64,000 bases of DNA from Candidatus Pantoea superficialis (GTDB taxonomy: Bacteria; Pseudomonadota; Gammaproteobacteria; Enterobacterales; Enterobacteriaceae). The stretch spans positions 3,533 to 67,532 of the forward strand of contig DBOK01000188.1 of NCBI GenBank assembly GCA_002299595.1. The letters run 5' to 3'. Positions 23,293-34,036 of the stretch are shown piece after piece. The position numbers and the translations under genes were made by a program. Within the stretch, counting starts at the first letter, position 1, and each line of letters begins with the position of its first letter. The notes under the pieces were generated by a model, which was not told the DNA's origin, did not search any database, and saw only the letters and a program-made list of their open reading frames with translations.

Positions 23293-23497
23293 CTCACCAC
23301 CCTTTTCAGTTGTTTACATTTCTTATCATTACGGCAAGTGTTTACAAATACAGCAAAAGTCGCGCTATTAAGTCAAATCCGGCGATCTGCTAAATTACAA
23401 AGGTGTGAAATTGCATAGACTTAACAGGATGACCGTAGCGTCTGTTGCAGACATTTCTGCGACATGATGCCCGTCCTGAAAAAAGGGAGAAAACGAG

Positions 23498-23797
23498 ATG
23501 AAGAAAGGGTTAATTATTTTGGCCATGCTGCTGCCGCTCAGCAGCATGGCGAATATGCTGAATAACACTAACGATCCGAACCGCTCCGGCTATAACCCCA
23601 GCCAACAGCGGATGCAGACGCAGATGCAAACCCAGCAGCAGCTGCAGAAACAGCAGCTGCAGCAGGATCAGCAGCTTCAGCGACAGAATACGCAGCGTAA
23701 AATGCAGGAGCAGCGCAACAGCGCCCAGCAGCGCGTGATTCAGTCGCAGACCGGGCAGCCGAGATTGCTTACGCCGCCGCCTCAGCAAAATCCTTAA
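23498..23797 (+). CDS. yhhA: glutamine-rich exported protein (DUF2756)
   Basis: Signal peptide and [14 protein letters not shown] motif, at the ggt-ugpQ position. Confidence 0.85.
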   Translation: MKKGLIILAMLLPLSSMANMLNNTNDPNRSGYNPSQQRMQTQMQTQQQLQKQQLQQDQQLQRQNTQRKMQEQRNSAQQRVIQSQTGQPRLLTPPPQQNP

Positions 23798-24603
23798 CGA
23801 AAGTCGGGGCCGATGATGTCGATGCGATCGGTGCAGATGGCGTCCACGCCCCAGCCCAACAGTTCGCGCGCGCGCGCCGGGTCGTTTACCGTATAGACCA
23901 GAATATGCAGCCCGGTCGCCTTCAACTCCGCAGCGCGCGCCGCGTTCAGCAAACGGTGGTTAAGGTGAATCGATACGCAATCCAGCGCGGCGGTCAGCGC
24001 GCGCCAGTCGTCGCGCCACGCATCCAGCAGCAGCCCGCGCGGCAGTTCCGGCGCGGCGGTCATCGCCGCTTCCAGCGCCTGATAAGAGAATGAAGAGAGC
24101 AGCGGCGCCGTTTGCCCCTGCCAGAGTTCGCGCGCGGCCAGCGTCACGGCGCGACCGGTCTCCTGCTCCGCTCCGCTGGTGGGTTTGATCTCAATGTTCG
24201 CCATCATGTTATGCCGACGGCAGCGTTGCGCCACATCGCGCAGCAGCGCCAGCGGCTCGCCGTTAAAGGCGGCGCCGAACCAACTGCCGGCATCCAGCTG
24301 TGCCAGCTTGTGCCAGGGCAGATCGCCGGCAATCCCCCAGCCGTCGCTGGTGCGATCCAGCGTATCGTCGTGCAGCAGAATGCTCAACGGCGCGCTGTTG
24401 CTGCTCACTCCTTGCTGCCAGATGGTTTTGATATTTTCCCACAGGCTGACGCCCGGGATCAGCGGCATCGGCACTTGAAAGATCTGCTGGTTGTCCAGCG
24501 TCGCTGCCACGAAGGCGATCCAGAGCGGGAACAGCACCGTCAAAATGCCGAGGCAGAGCATGACGTGGCTGAAGATATCCAGCCCGCGACGATTCTCAAT
24601 CAT
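23794..24603 (-). pseudogene. in-frame ugpE'-'ugpQ fusion left by a deletion that removed ugpC
   Basis: Residues 1-77 are the UgpE N-terminus ([13 protein letters not shown]...NSAPLSILL); residues from ~76 on are UgpQ ([15 protein letters not shown]...NIEIKP...CTDRID). No ugpC lies between them. Confidence 0.9.
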
Positions 24604-25487
24604 TGGTAACGCACCTTACGCTCAACGTAGCGGAACTGGATCACCGTCAGAACGATCACCAGCAGCATCAATACCACCGACTGCGCCGCCGAGGCGCTGA
24701 GATCGAGTCCGGTAAAGCCTTCGCGATAAATTTTGTAGATCAGGGTGGTGGTGGACTGCACCGGCCCGCCCTGGGTCGCGGCGTCGATCACCGGGAAGGT
24801 GTCGAAGAAGGCGTAAACCAGATTGACCACCAGCAGGAAAAAGCTGACGGGGGCGATCAGCGGCAGCGACAGACTGAAGAAGCGGCGCACCGGACCGGCG
24901 CCGTCGATGGCGGCCGCCTCGACCAGCGAGCGCGGAATCGACTGCAACGCGGCGAAAAAGAACAGGAAGTTGTAGCTGATCTGCTGCCAGACCGAGGCGA
25001 GCACCACCAGAAACATCGCCTGGCCGCTGTTCTGGGCGTGATTCCACTCGTAGCCCGCCTGATGCAGCGCCCAGGTAATCAGCCCCAGGCCGGGACTGAA
25101 CAGAAACATCCAGAGCACGGCGGCAATCGCCGGCGCCACCGCGTAGGGCAGCAGCAGCAGCGTCTGGTAGAAGCGCTTCATGCGCAGCACGTAATCCACC
25201 AGCGCAGCGAAGAACAGCGAGATCAGCAGGCCGCTGCCGGCGACCAGCGCGCTGAAGATCAGCGTGGTCCAGAACGACGCCAGATAGTACTCATCCTGAA
25301 ACAGGGCGGAAAAATTCGCCAGCCCGACAAAGGCGCTGGAGAGGCCGAAAGGGTCGACGCTCTGCACCGAATACCAGAGCGCTTCGCCGGCCGGCCAGAG
25401 GAAAAAGATCAGGGTAATCAGCAGCTGCGGCAGCACCAGCAGATAAGGCAACGGAGAGAGACGAAAACCGGGACGGTGGGCGGACAT
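24600..25487 (-). CDS. ugpA: sn-glycerol-3-phosphate ABC transporter permease
   Basis: 295 aa; [11 protein letters not shown] loop. Confidence 0.94.
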   Translation of the reverse strand: MSAHRPGFRLSPLPYLLVLPQLLITLIFFLWPAGEALWYSVQSVDPFGLSSAFVGLANFSALFQDEYYLASFWTTLIFSALVAGSGLLISLFFAALVDYVLRMKRFYQTLLLLPYAVAPAIAAVLWMFLFSPGLGLITWALHQAGYEWNHAQNSGQAMFLVVLASVWQQISYNFLFFFAALQSIPRSLVEAAAIDGAGPVRRFFSLSLPLIAPVSFFLLVVNLVYAFFDTFPVIDAATQGGPVQSTTTLIYKIYREGFTGLDLSASAAQSVVLMLLVIVLTVIQFRYVERKVRYQ

Positions 25488-25574
25488 AGCGCGACTCCGG
25501 GAGGACGATCACCACGGCGGCGGGAAAGCCGCCGCAACGAAGGCCGGGCGAACGAGCCGCCCGACCCTGACAAT

Positions 25575-26894
25575 TTACTTCACCTGCCGTTCAAAGCGGC
25601 GCAGCAGCAGATTGCCGCGCTCAACGGCGTTATCCAGCGCCGCCTGCGGGGTTTTCTTGCCGGTCCAGACGCCTTCCAGCTCTTCGTCCACGATGGTGCG
25701 GATCTGCGGCATGTTGCCGAGACGCAGGCCTTTGGTGAACGGCAACGGCGGCTTGTTCAGCATCTGACGCGTCGCGATATCGGCGCCGGGGTTTTTATCG
25801 TAGTAGCCCTGCTGACGCGTCAGCTCATAGGCGGCGGTGGTGATCGGCAGGTAGCCGGTTTTCTGGTGCCATTCGGCGGCGTTTTCCGGCTGGGCGAGGA
25901 ACTGCATGAACTCCGCCACCCCTTTGTAGGTTTGCGCGTCTTTGCCCTGCATCACCCAAAGGCTGGCTCCGCCGATCATGGCGTTCTGCGGGGCGTTTTT
26001 CACCGTTTCGTCATAAGGCATCATGCCGACGCCGTAGTTGAATTTGGCGTAGTGGCGAATGTCTGCCAGCGAGCCGGATGAAGCGGTGGTCATGCCGCAG
26101 TCGCCGTTATAGAACTTTTGCGTGGATTCGTCTTTACGACCGAAGTAGGTGAAGCTGCCCTTTTTGTTCATCTCTTCCAGCATCTGGATATGACGCACCT
26201 GCGCCGGGCCGTTGAATTCCAGCTTCGCGTCGACGCCGTCGAAGCCGTTGTTTTCGCTGGCGACCGGCAGGGCGTGCCAGGCGCTGAAGTTTTCAATCTG
26301 AATCCAGCCCTGCCAGCCGCTGGCGTAGCCGCAGCTCATGCCGGCCTTACGCAGCGCTTCGGCGTCTTTCGCCAGCTCCTGCCAGGTTTTCGGCGGCTGT
26401 TCCGGGTCAAGCCCCGCTTTTTTGAAGGCGTCTTTGTTGTAGTAGAGCACCGGCGTGGAGCTGTTGAACGGCTGCGACAGCAGGTGGCCTGATTTGGCGT
26501 CGGTGTAGTAGCCGGAAACCGTCGGCACGAACTGTTTTTCGTTGACGTTAATGCCTGCTTCCTGGAAAACCTGATAAACCGGCTTGATCGCTTTCGAGGC
26601 CATCATGGTGGCGGTGCCGACTTCATACACCTGCAGAATGGCAGGCGCTTTGCCGGTGCGCACCGCGGCGATGCCTGCCGCCAGGCTCTGCTCGTAATTG
26701 CCTTTGTAAACCGGAACGATTTGATAGTCGGGATGGGCCTGGTTAAAACGCTGCGCCAGCGAGTCGACTTCCTTGCCGAGTTCGCCTTCCATAGAGTGCC
26801 AGAACGGGATTTCAGTGGCAGCCAGGGCATTGCCGCTGAGCGCCATGCCCAGCACCAGACTCGACACGCGTCGACGAAGAGTAAAAGCAGACAT
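25575..26894 (-). CDS. ugpB: sn-glycerol-3-phosphate-binding periplasmic protein
   Basis: Start MSAFTL after [30 protein letters not shown]. Confidence 0.95.
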   Translation of the reverse strand: MSAFTLRRRVSSLVLGMALSGNALAATEIPFWHSMEGELGKEVDSLAQRFNQAHPDYQIVPVYKGNYEQSLAAGIAAVRTGKAPAILQVYEVGTATMMASKAIKPVYQVFQEAGINVNEKQFVPTVSGYYTDAKSGHLLSQPFNSSTPVLYYNKDAFKKAGLDPEQPPKTWQELAKDAEALRKAGMSCGYASGWQGWIQIENFSAWHALPVASENNGFDGVDAKLEFNGPAQVRHIQMLEEMNKKGSFTYFGRKDESTQKFYNGDCGMTTASSGSLADIRHYAKFNYGVGMMPYDETVKNAPQNAMIGGASLWVMQGKDAQTYKGVAEFMQFLAQPENAAEWHQKTGYLPITTAAYELTRQQGYYDKNPGADIATRQMLNKPPLPFTKGLRLGNMPQIRTIVDEELEGVWTGKKTPQAALDNAVERGNLLLRRFERQVK

Positions 26895-26965
26895 ATCGGT
26901 TTCCTGTGACATTGTAGGTACGCGCGAAATCACGCATTTTTTGTTCGCGAAGTAACATGACACGG

Positions 26966-27020
26966 AAAAATGACAGATAAATAACTGAATTATTTCAGGG
27001 GGATGACAATAGGATGTCAG
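26966..27020 (-). promoter_or_regulatory. tandem Pho boxes (PhoB) of the ugp promoter
   Basis: Minus strand has five 11-bp units: CTGACATccta TTGTCATcccc CTGAAATaatt CAGTTATttat CTGTCATtttt. Confidence 0.85.
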
Positions 27021-27099
27021 GGAAGATGCAGGAAGTTTCGCATAATCACTGGCCGCACAGGAGCCAAACCGTATAAACGCTACAGACCGCACAGGTCGA

Positions 27100-27214
27100 G
27101 GCCGTAGGCGGCGAAGACCTGCTGCGGGCGGACAGCGCGCAGCTCCCGGAGCGTACTGTCGTACGTGAGGAGAGCGAGCACTACCCAACCGCAGCAGGGC
27201 AAGTAAGCCAGGCC
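27100..27214. repeat. ERIC-like palindromic intergenic element
   Basis: CCTGCTGCGG (27118-27127) pairs with CCGCAGCAGG (27189-27198), enclosing GGAGCGTAC-tgtc-GTACGTGA, which resembles the ERIC core GGAGCTTAC-N-GTAAGTGA. Confidence 0.6.
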
Positions 27215-27215
27215 G

Positions 27216-27929
27216 TTAAGCACCTAAATACGCGCTGCGCACCGCTTCATTAGAGAGCAGCGCCTCCCCGCTATCCTCCAGCACCACATGGCCGTTTTCC
27301 AGCACATAGCCGCGATCCGCCAGCTTCAGCGCCTGGTTCGCGTTCTGCTCCACGAGGAAGATCGTCATGCCCTCGCTGCGCAGCTGCTCAATGGTGTCGA
27401 AGATCTGCTGAATGATAATCGGCGCCAGCCCCAGGGAAGGCTCATCCAACAGCAGCAGGCGCGGCTGGCTCATCAGCGCGCGACCGATCGCCAGCATCTG
27501 CTGCTCGCCGCCGGACATGGTGCCGGCGCGCTGAATTTTACGCTCCGCCAGACGCGGGAAAAGTTCATAAACGCGCGCGATGCGCGTCTGATACTCCTGA
27601 CGACTGGCGAAAAAGCCGCCCATCGCCAGGTTCTCTTCCACTGTCATGCGCGAAAACACCCGGCGTCCTTCCGGCACGATGGCGATCGCCTCGCGCATAA
27701 TGCGCGCGGTTTGCCAGTCGGTGATCGCCTTGCCGTCAAAGGTAATGCTGCCTTGGGTGGCGCGCGGCTCGCCGCACAGCGTGCCGAGCAGAGTGGTTTT
27801 TCCCGCGCCGTTCGCGCCGATCAGGGTGACGATTTCTCCTTGGCTGATATGCAGGCTGACGTTATGCAACGCCTGAATCTTGCCGTAATGCGCGCTGACG
27901 TTATTAACGGATAACATCGGGTTTGCCAT
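27216..27929 (-). CDS. livF: branched-chain amino acid ABC transporter ATPase
   Basis: GANGAGKT, MSGGEQQ, LLDEPSLGL. Confidence 0.96.
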   Translation of the reverse strand: MANPMLSVNNVSAHYGKIQALHNVSLHISQGEIVTLIGANGAGKTTLLGTLCGEPRATQGSITFDGKAITDWQTARIMREAIAIVPEGRRVFSRMTVEENLAMGGFFASRQEYQTRIARVYELFPRLAERKIQRAGTMSGGEQQMLAIGRALMSQPRLLLLDEPSLGLAPIIIQQIFDTIEQLRSEGMTIFLVEQNANQALKLADRGYVLENGHVVLEDSGEALLSNEAVRSAYLGA

Positions 27930-27930
27930 G

Positions 27931-28698
27931 TTACGCCTCTCCTAAATAGGCTCGGATCACATCCGGGTTGTTACGCACCTCTTCCGGCGTGCCGTTGGCC
28001 AGCGGCGTCCCCTGGTTCACTACGTAGATACGGTCAGAAATGCCCATGACCAGCTTCATATCGTGTTCAATCAGCAGCACGGAGACCTTGTGCTCGCCGC
28101 GCAGTTCGGCGATCAGCTCATCCAGCTCATGCGTCTCTTTCGGGTTAAGACCGGCCGCCGGTTCATCCAGCATCAGGATCTCCGGGCGCGTCACCATGCA
28201 GCGCGCTATCTCCAGACGGCGCTGCTGACCATAGGCGAGGTTGCCCGCCTGACGGTTGGCGAGGTCGAGCAGCCCGATGCGCGCCAGCCAGGCGGCGGCG
28301 CGATCCAGCGCCTCGCTCTCGCCGCGACGAAACGCCGGGGTTTTGAATAGGCCTGAAAAGACGCCGCTTTTCAGATGCTGATGCTGCGCCACCAGCAGGT
28401 TCTCGATCACTGTCATTTCACGGAACAGACGAACGTGCTGGAAGGTGCGCACCACGCCCATGCGGGCGATCTTCTGGCCCGGCAAGCCTTCCAGATGCTG
28501 ATCGCGCAGCTTGATGGTGCCGCCGGTCGGTTTGTAGAAGCCGGTCAGGCAGTTGAAAACGGTGGTTTTTCCTGCGCCGTTCGGGCCGATCAGCGAGACG
28601 ATCTCCTGTGGGCGCAGCTCCAGCGCCACGTTGTTAACCGCCAGCAGGCCGCCGAAGCGCATCATCAGGCCTTCAACGGCTAATAAAGGCTGACTCAT
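27931..28698 (-). CDS. livG: branched-chain amino acid ABC transporter ATPase
   Basis: [24 protein letters not shown]. Confidence 0.96.
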   Translation of the reverse strand: MSQPLLAVEGLMMRFGGLLAVNNVALELRPQEIVSLIGPNGAGKTTVFNCLTGFYKPTGGTIKLRDQHLEGLPGQKIARMGVVRTFQHVRLFREMTVIENLLVAQHQHLKSGVFSGLFKTPAFRRGESEALDRAAAWLARIGLLDLANRQAGNLAYGQQRRLEIARCMVTRPEILMLDEPAAGLNPKETHELDELIAELRGEHKVSVLLIEHDMKLVMGISDRIYVVNQGTPLANGTPEEVRNNPDVIRAYLGEA

Positions 28699-29963
28699 GC
28701 CTGCTCTCCTTGTTTCTGCTTCAGTTTCAGGTGCGGACGTTTCATCGGCAGCAGTCCCTGCGGACGCCAGATCATCATCAGCACCATCAGGCCGCCCAGC
28801 ACCAGCATGCTGTATTCGTTCAGGTCGCGCATCAGCTCGCGCGATACCACCAGCAAAATGGCGGCGAGGATCACGGCGAACTGCGAGCCCATGCCGCCCA
28901 GCACCACGATCGCCAGCACAAAGGCCGATTCGACGAAGGTAAAGGATTCAGGGCTGACGAATCCCTGACGCGCGGCGAACAGCGTACCGGCGAAGCCGGC
29001 GAAGGCGGCGCTGATGGTAAAGGCGGTCAGCTTGATGCGCGTCGGGCTGAGGCCGAGCGAACGACAGGCGATCTCATCTTCGCGCAGCGCTTCCCACGCG
29101 CGGCCCAGCGGCATACGCAGCAATCGGTTGATCACGAACAGCGTCAGCGCCACCAGCAGCAGCGCCACCAGATAGAGAAAAATGACGCGATCGCTGGGAT
29201 CGTATTTCATGCCGAAGAAATCATGGAAGGTGCTCCAGCCGCCTTCGGACACCTTGCGGCCGAACTCCAGGCCGAACAGCGAAGGCTTGGGAATCTGCGC
29301 GATGCCGTTGGGGCCGCCGGTAATCACAGTGTTATTCAGCAGCAAAATACGCACGATTTCACCGAAGCCGAGCGTCACGATCGCCAGATAGTCGCCGCGC
29401 AGGCGCAGCACCGGAAAGCCGAGCAGCAGCCCGAACAGCGCCGCCACGATGCCCGCCAGCGGCAGACACTGCCAGAAGCCGAGGCCGAAATAGTGGTTTA
29501 GCAGCGCGAAGGTATAGGCGCCGATGGCGTAGAAGCCGCCGTATCCGAGCACCAGCAGACCGGAAAGGCCGACCACCACGTTCAGACCCAAGCCGAGCAT
29601 CACGTAGATCAGCGTCAGCGTGGCGATATCCACCGCGCCGCGCGACACGAAAAACGGCCAGGCCACCGCCGCCACGATCAGCGCCAGCATAAACAGCTTC
29701 TGCTTCGGCGTGGAGCCGTCGATGCCGGGCAACACCAATGCCGGGCCGGAGACCTTTTTCAGGCCGCGCTGCCAGAACGGGCGCAGCAGCTGAAAGACAA
29801 AAACCACGGCGCAGCCGACGAAAATCCAGTTCCAGCGCACGTCGCCGGCGCTCTGTACCACTAGTCGCGTGCCGTCGAGGCCGAGCCGCATTCCCATAAA
29901 GAAACTGGCCAGCACCAGCAGCATCACGGCGGAGAGCAGCGCATTGATAAAGGAGGATTTCAT
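28695..29963 (-). CDS. livM: branched-chain amino acid ABC transporter permease
   Basis: [17 protein letters not shown] motif. Confidence 0.96.
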   Translation of the reverse strand: MKSSFINALLSAVMLLVLASFFMGMRLGLDGTRLVVQSAGDVRWNWIFVGCAVVFVFQLLRPFWQRGLKKVSGPALVLPGIDGSTPKQKLFMLALIVAAVAWPFFVSRGAVDIATLTLIYVMLGLGLNVVVGLSGLLVLGYGGFYAIGAYTFALLNHYFGLGFWQCLPLAGIVAALFGLLLGFPVLRLRGDYLAIVTLGFGEIVRILLLNNTVITGGPNGIAQIPKPSLFGLEFGRKVSEGGWSTFHDFFGMKYDPSDRVIFLYLVALLLVALTLFVINRLLRMPLGRAWEALREDEIACRSLGLSPTRIKLTAFTISAAFAGFAGTLFAARQGFVSPESFTFVESAFVLAIVVLGGMGSQFAVILAAILLVVSRELMRDLNEYSMLVLGGLMVLMMIWRPQGLLPMKRPHLKLKQKQGEQA

Positions 29964-30886
29964 ACTTTCTCCACCTCCGGGCGACCCAGGATGCCGGTCG
30001 GCATCACCAGCAGCACCACGATCAGCAGTGCGAAGGAGACGACATCTTTATACTCGGTGCTGAGATAGGCGGAGGTCAGCGCTTCGGCGATGCCGAGCAC
30101 CAGGCCGCCGATCATCGCGCCCGGAATGCTGCCGATGCCGCCAAGCACCGCGGCGGTAAAGGCTTTCATTCCGGCCATAAAGCCGATAAAGGGATTAATC
30201 GAGCCATAGAACTGGCCGAGCAGCACCCCGGCGACCGCCGCCATCGCCGCGCCGATAACGAACGTCAGCGAAATCACGCGGTCGGTGTTGATGCCGAGCA
30301 GGCTCGCCATTTTCAGATCTTCGGCGCAGGCGCGGCAGGCGCGCCCCATCCGCGAATAGCGGATAAACAGCGTCAGCGCCAGCATCGCCAGGAAAGTCAC
30401 CAGCCAGATGACGATCTGCATGGTGGAGACGGTCGCCGCAAAGCCGTTGCTCTCGCCCAGCGTCCACTGCCCGGTAATCAGACTCGGCAGCGCGAGGTCG
30501 CGCGAACCCTGCGTCAGACTGACGTAGTTTTGCAGAAAGATCGACATGCCGATGGCGGAGATCAGCGCGATCAGGCGCTTCGACGATCGCACCGGCTTAT
30601 AGGCGACGCGCTCGATGCTCCAGCCGTACGCGCTGGAGATCAGGATCGCCATCACGAAGCCGGCGGCGATCATCAGCCAGCCGGTGTCGATGCCCATCAT
30701 CATCAGGGCGGCGATCACGATAAAGGAGACATAGCTGCCGATCATATAGACCTCGCCGTGGGCGAAGTTGATCATGCCGATAATGCCGTAGACCATGGTG
30801 TAACCGATGGCGATCAGCGCATAGGTGCTGCCGAGGGTGACCCCGTTAAGCATTTGCTGAATGAAATAAAGAAACTGCTCGGACAT
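29960..30886 (-). CDS. livH: branched-chain amino acid ABC transporter permease
   Basis: MSEQFLYF start; MINFAHGE. Confidence 0.96.
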   Translation of the reverse strand: MSEQFLYFIQQMLNGVTLGSTYALIAIGYTMVYGIIGMINFAHGEVYMIGSYVSFIVIAALMMMGIDTGWLMIAAGFVMAILISSAYGWSIERVAYKPVRSSKRLIALISAIGMSIFLQNYVSLTQGSRDLALPSLITGQWTLGESNGFAATVSTMQIVIWLVTFLAMLALTLFIRYSRMGRACRACAEDLKMASLLGINTDRVISLTFVIGAAMAAVAGVLLGQFYGSINPFIGFMAGMKAFTAAVLGGIGSIPGAMIGGLVLGIAEALTSAYLSTEYKDVVSFALLIVVLLVMPTGILGRPEVEKV

Positions 30887-30957
30887 AGTGAAGACCTGCA
30901 TAAGAACGGGAAAATCCCCGGCCGCAACGGCAAGGGATTTGTCTGCCGATGGGACGA

Positions 30958-32085
30958 TTACTTAACCGCGGTAGAAGAACCGTCTTTGTGCCATTTGAAT
31001 ACGCCGAACTCGAAGCCTTTCAGGTCGCCTTTCTGGTCCCAGCTCAGGTTGCCCATCACTGTCGGCACCGGCTCGCCGCCCTTCAGGTTTTTCACGATCT
31101 CTTCCGGTTCGTCGCTCTTGCTGCGCTCGATGCCGGCCGCCAGCGACTGGATCGCCGCATAGGTGGTCCAGACGAAAGGTCCGGTCGGATCTTTACGGTT
31201 TTGCGCGCTGTTAGTTTTGATGGCGTCAACGATCGCTTTGTTCTCCGGCAGCTGGTCGTAGCGCTTCGGCAGCGTCACGTAAATGCCTTCCGAAGCGTCG
31301 CCCGCGATATTGGATAGCGACGCGTTACCCACGCCCTCCGGGCCCATAAAGCCGGCGTTCAGACCGGCCGCTTTCGCCTGGCGCAGAATCTGCCCCATTT
31401 CCGGGTAGTAGCCGCCATAGTAAACGAAGTCGACGTTCTCTTTTTTCAGACGCGCAATCAGCGTGGAGAAATCTTTATCGCCTGCGGTGATGCCTTCAAA
31501 CAGCACCACATTGCCGCCTTTCTCTTTCAGGGTTTTCTGTACCGATTCCGCCAGGCCCTGACCGTACTGCTGCTTGTCATGCACCACGGCGATGCGCTTG
31601 GGTTTGATCTGGTCGAGAATATAGTTAGCGGCGGTCGGGCCCTGATCGGAGTCCAGGCCGGTGGTGCGCATAATGGTTTCGTAACCGCGCGCGGTCAGCT
31701 CCGGCGCGGTCGCGGCCGGGGTAATCATCAGCACGCCTTCGTCATTGTAAATGTCGGACGCAGGCTGAGTCGAAGAGGAGCAAAGGTGGCCGATAACATA
31801 TTTAATGCCGTCGTTGACGACCTTGTTCGCCACCGCCACCGCCTGTTTCGGGTCGCAGGCGTCGTCATATTCTACGCCAACCAGCTTGTCGCCGTTCACG
31901 CCGCCTTTGGCATTGATATCTTTAATCGCCTGCGCGGCGCCGGTGAATTGCATATCGCCGTACTGCGCGACCGGACCGGTCACGGCACCGACGATCGCCA
32001 CTTTGATATCTTCCGCCAGCGCAGCGTGGCTCATCGCCAACGCTACGCAGCCCGCCAGTAATGCGCGACCTTTACTCATTTTCAT
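30958..32085 (-). CDS. branched-chain amino acid-binding periplasmic protein (LivJ/LivK family)
   Basis: [16 protein letters not shown] and GHLCSSST; sits in the livK position but has LivJ-like pocket residues. Confidence 0.93.
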   Translation of the reverse strand: MKMSKGRALLAGCVALAMSHAALAEDIKVAIVGAVTGPVAQYGDMQFTGAAQAIKDINAKGGVNGDKLVGVEYDDACDPKQAVAVANKVVNDGIKYVIGHLCSSSTQPASDIYNDEGVLMITPAATAPELTARGYETIMRTTGLDSDQGPTAANYILDQIKPKRIAVVHDKQQYGQGLAESVQKTLKEKGGNVVLFEGITAGDKDFSTLIARLKKENVDFVYYGGYYPEMGQILRQAKAAGLNAGFMGPEGVGNASLSNIAGDASEGIYVTLPKRYDQLPENKAIVDAIKTNSAQNRKDPTGPFVWTTYAAIQSLAAGIERSKSDEPEEIVKNLKGGEPVPTVMGNLSWDQKGDLKGFEFGVFKWHKDGSSTAVK

Positions 32086-32287
32086 CCGAACTTCCCCATC
32101 AGTTGTGTCTGTGTTTGTTGTGGTTTGCATTTATTTTCTGCCAGAGAATTGTCGAAAAACGATTTCGCAATAACGAGTTAGCGCAACAATCTGGCGTTTA
32201 TGTGCGATAAGGCTTTATTTTTCAGGTTATTAAACAGGAATTTTCTTCTTTAAATCAACCGACATATTCAGTAATAGCCGATTAGCA

Positions 32288-32302
32288 CAGCATAATTCTC
32301 TG
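32288..32302. promoter_or_regulatory. Lrp-binding site upstream of the liv operon
   Basis: Minus strand CAGAGAATTATGCTG, one mismatch to YAGHAWATTWTDCTR. Confidence 0.6.
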
Positions 32303-32490
32303 GCAGCAACGGGGGCTTTTTGCGCGATAAGCCAGCGCATTATGCTGGGGTTTTGCTCAGAAATACCTGTTTCACACCACTATCCTGGCAGCTGTAACGG
32401 CGTTTCACCTGTTTTTAACGCAAAAAGTTACCAGGCTCCGACTGTACAAATTCGCTACACTAACGCTTTGTACTGGCACAGGTGTTTGTC

Positions 32491-32877
32491 ATGAAGCTCA
32501 CTATTTTGCGGTTAACGGAATTCACGCCTCAGGACCGTATCGATTTAGCTAAAATCTGGCCCGACGCGGCGATTGATCAGCTTGAGAAAAGTCTTGATGA
32601 GAACCACCGCCTTTATGCGGCGCGCTTTAACGACCGACTTCTGGCGGCCTTGCAGCTGGAGATCGGCGGCATTCAGGGAAAGATTACCGCGCTGCGCGTG
32701 CGCGAAGCGACCCGTCGGCGCGGCGTGGGGAAGTATCTGCTGGAAGAGACGATAGCGCAGAATAGCTCGCTGACGGACTGGTGGATTGCCGATGACGGCA
32801 GCGACGAACAGCAGACGCGCGCGGCCTTTATGCAGAATTGCGGCTTTCGCGCGCAGTCAGATGGCTGGGTGAAATAA
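32491..32877 (+). CDS. panM: PanD maturation factor (PanM/PanZ/YhhK)
   Basis: MKLTI...QDRIDLAKIWP, YAARFNDRLL, VREATRRRGVG. Confidence 0.92.
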   Translation: MKLTILRLTEFTPQDRIDLAKIWPDAAIDQLEKSLDENHRLYAARFNDRLLAALQLEIGGIQGKITALRVREATRRRGVGKYLLEETIAQNSSLTDWWIADDGSDEQQTRAAFMQNCGFRAQSDGWVK

Positions 32878-32888
32878 ATCGCAGGCAA

Positions 32889-32916
32889 TAAAAAAGGGCG
32901 ACTTCGTGTCGCCCTT
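32889..32916 (-). terminator. intrinsic terminator of rpoH (possibly bidirectional)
   Basis: AAGGGCGAC-ttcgt-GTCGCCCTT with an A run on the plus strand. Confidence 0.8.
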
Positions 32917-32934
32917 CATCGTTATGCATCGCTA

Positions 32935-33792
32935 TTATGCTTCGATCGCCATGCGCAGTTTCTTCATGGCGTTTTTTTCCAGCTGCCTTACTCGTTCCGC
33001 AGAGACGCCGTAGCGATCGGCCAGCTCCTGCAGCGTGGTTTTGTTCTCTTCGTCGAGCCAGCGCGCGCGGATAATGTGCTGGCTACGTTCGTCCAGCCCC
33101 TGCATCGCGTCGCTCAGCTTGTCGGCGGCATGGGCATCCCAGTTATCCTCTTCGATGCCGTCGGCGAAGTCCGAAGTTTTATCCTGCAGATAGAGCACGG
33201 GCGCCATGGTTTTGCCTTCGCTGCTTTCGTCGTCTGACGACATATCGAAGGTCATATCCTGCGCCGCCATACGTGACTCCATCTCACGCACATCTTTGCT
33301 GCTCACGCCCAGCTCACGCGCCACCATCTCCACTTCGTCCTGGTTAAACCAGCCCAGACGCTGCTTGGTTTTACGCAGGTTAAAGAACAGCTTGCGCTGC
33401 GCTTTCGTGGTCGCAACCTTCACGATACGCCAGTTACGCAGCACGTATTCGTGAATTTCGGCTTTAATCCAGTGTACGGCGAAGGAAACCAGGCGCACGC
33501 CCACTTCAGGGTTGAAGCGACGCACCGCCTTCATCAGGCCGATGTTGCCTTCCTGAATCAGGTCCGCCTGCGGCAGGCCGTAACCGGAATAATTTCGAGC
33601 GATATGAACTACAAAGCGCAGGTGAGACAGGATCAGCGTCTTAGCCGCATCCAGATCGCCCTGGTAATGCAGCCGTTCAGCCAGCGCTTTTTCCTCTTCT
33701 GCCGACAGCATCGGCCAGACGTTGGCGGCCCGAATATAAGATTCCAGGTTGCCGAGAGGAGCAATAGCTAAAGTTTGCATTTCTTTGGTCAT
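32935..33792 (-). CDS. rpoH: RNA polymerase sigma-32 factor
   Basis: [14 protein letters not shown], RpoH box [19 protein letters not shown]. Confidence 0.98.
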   Translation of the reverse strand: MTKEMQTLAIAPLGNLESYIRAANVWPMLSAEEEKALAERLHYQGDLDAAKTLILSHLRFVVHIARNYSGYGLPQADLIQEGNIGLMKAVRRFNPEVGVRLVSFAVHWIKAEIHEYVLRNWRIVKVATTKAQRKLFFNLRKTKQRLGWFNQDEVEMVARELGVSSKDVREMESRMAAQDMTFDMSSDDESSEGKTMAPVLYLQDKTSDFADGIEEDNWDAHAADKLSDAMQGLDERSQHIIRARWLDEENKTTLQELADRYGVSAERVRQLEKNAMKKLRMAIEA

Positions 33793-33890
33793 TCAAACCC
33801 TCACAAATTCAATGGAGTTGCCGCACAATTCCCTGAGCGAACGTTACAGTATGTCAACGCCGCTCAAAAATCGAAAGCAATCTGTGCTAC

Positions 33891-33917
33891 TTGGACGACA
33901 AAGTTATCCACAAGTTC
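33891..33917 (-). promoter_or_regulatory. sigma-E promoter of rpoH (P3-type) with an overlapping DnaA box
   Basis: Minus strand GAACTT-N16-TCCAA; the spacer region contains a perfect DnaA box TTATCCACA (33904-33912), as at E. coli rpoH P3. Confidence 0.85.
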
Positions 33918-34036
33918 AATTATAGCAGTGAATATTTTACACACAGATGACGGGAAAAGGATCAGGGAAGGATCTCCTCTGCTTCCTTTGTCGTCGGCAG
34001 CAGAGGAACATTATATCAAAAAAACGTTGCTGTTGG

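Noticed and set aside
23600..23790. CAG-rich tract as a microsatellite or contingency locus
   Set aside because: Imperfect, and explained by the Gln-rich YhhA/DUF2756 coding sequence.
25510..25570. Hairpins between ugpB and ugpA as an sRNA or mobile repeat
   Set aside because: Short GC stems after a binding-protein gene are typical mRNA-stabilising structures in ABC operons; nothing supports more.
26895..27188. N-terminal extensions in the ORF track (ugpB here; also glgB, gntK, iolC, iolG, hemB)
   Set aside because: They run through promoter or operator DNA; downstream ATGs have RBSs and give family-typical lengths.
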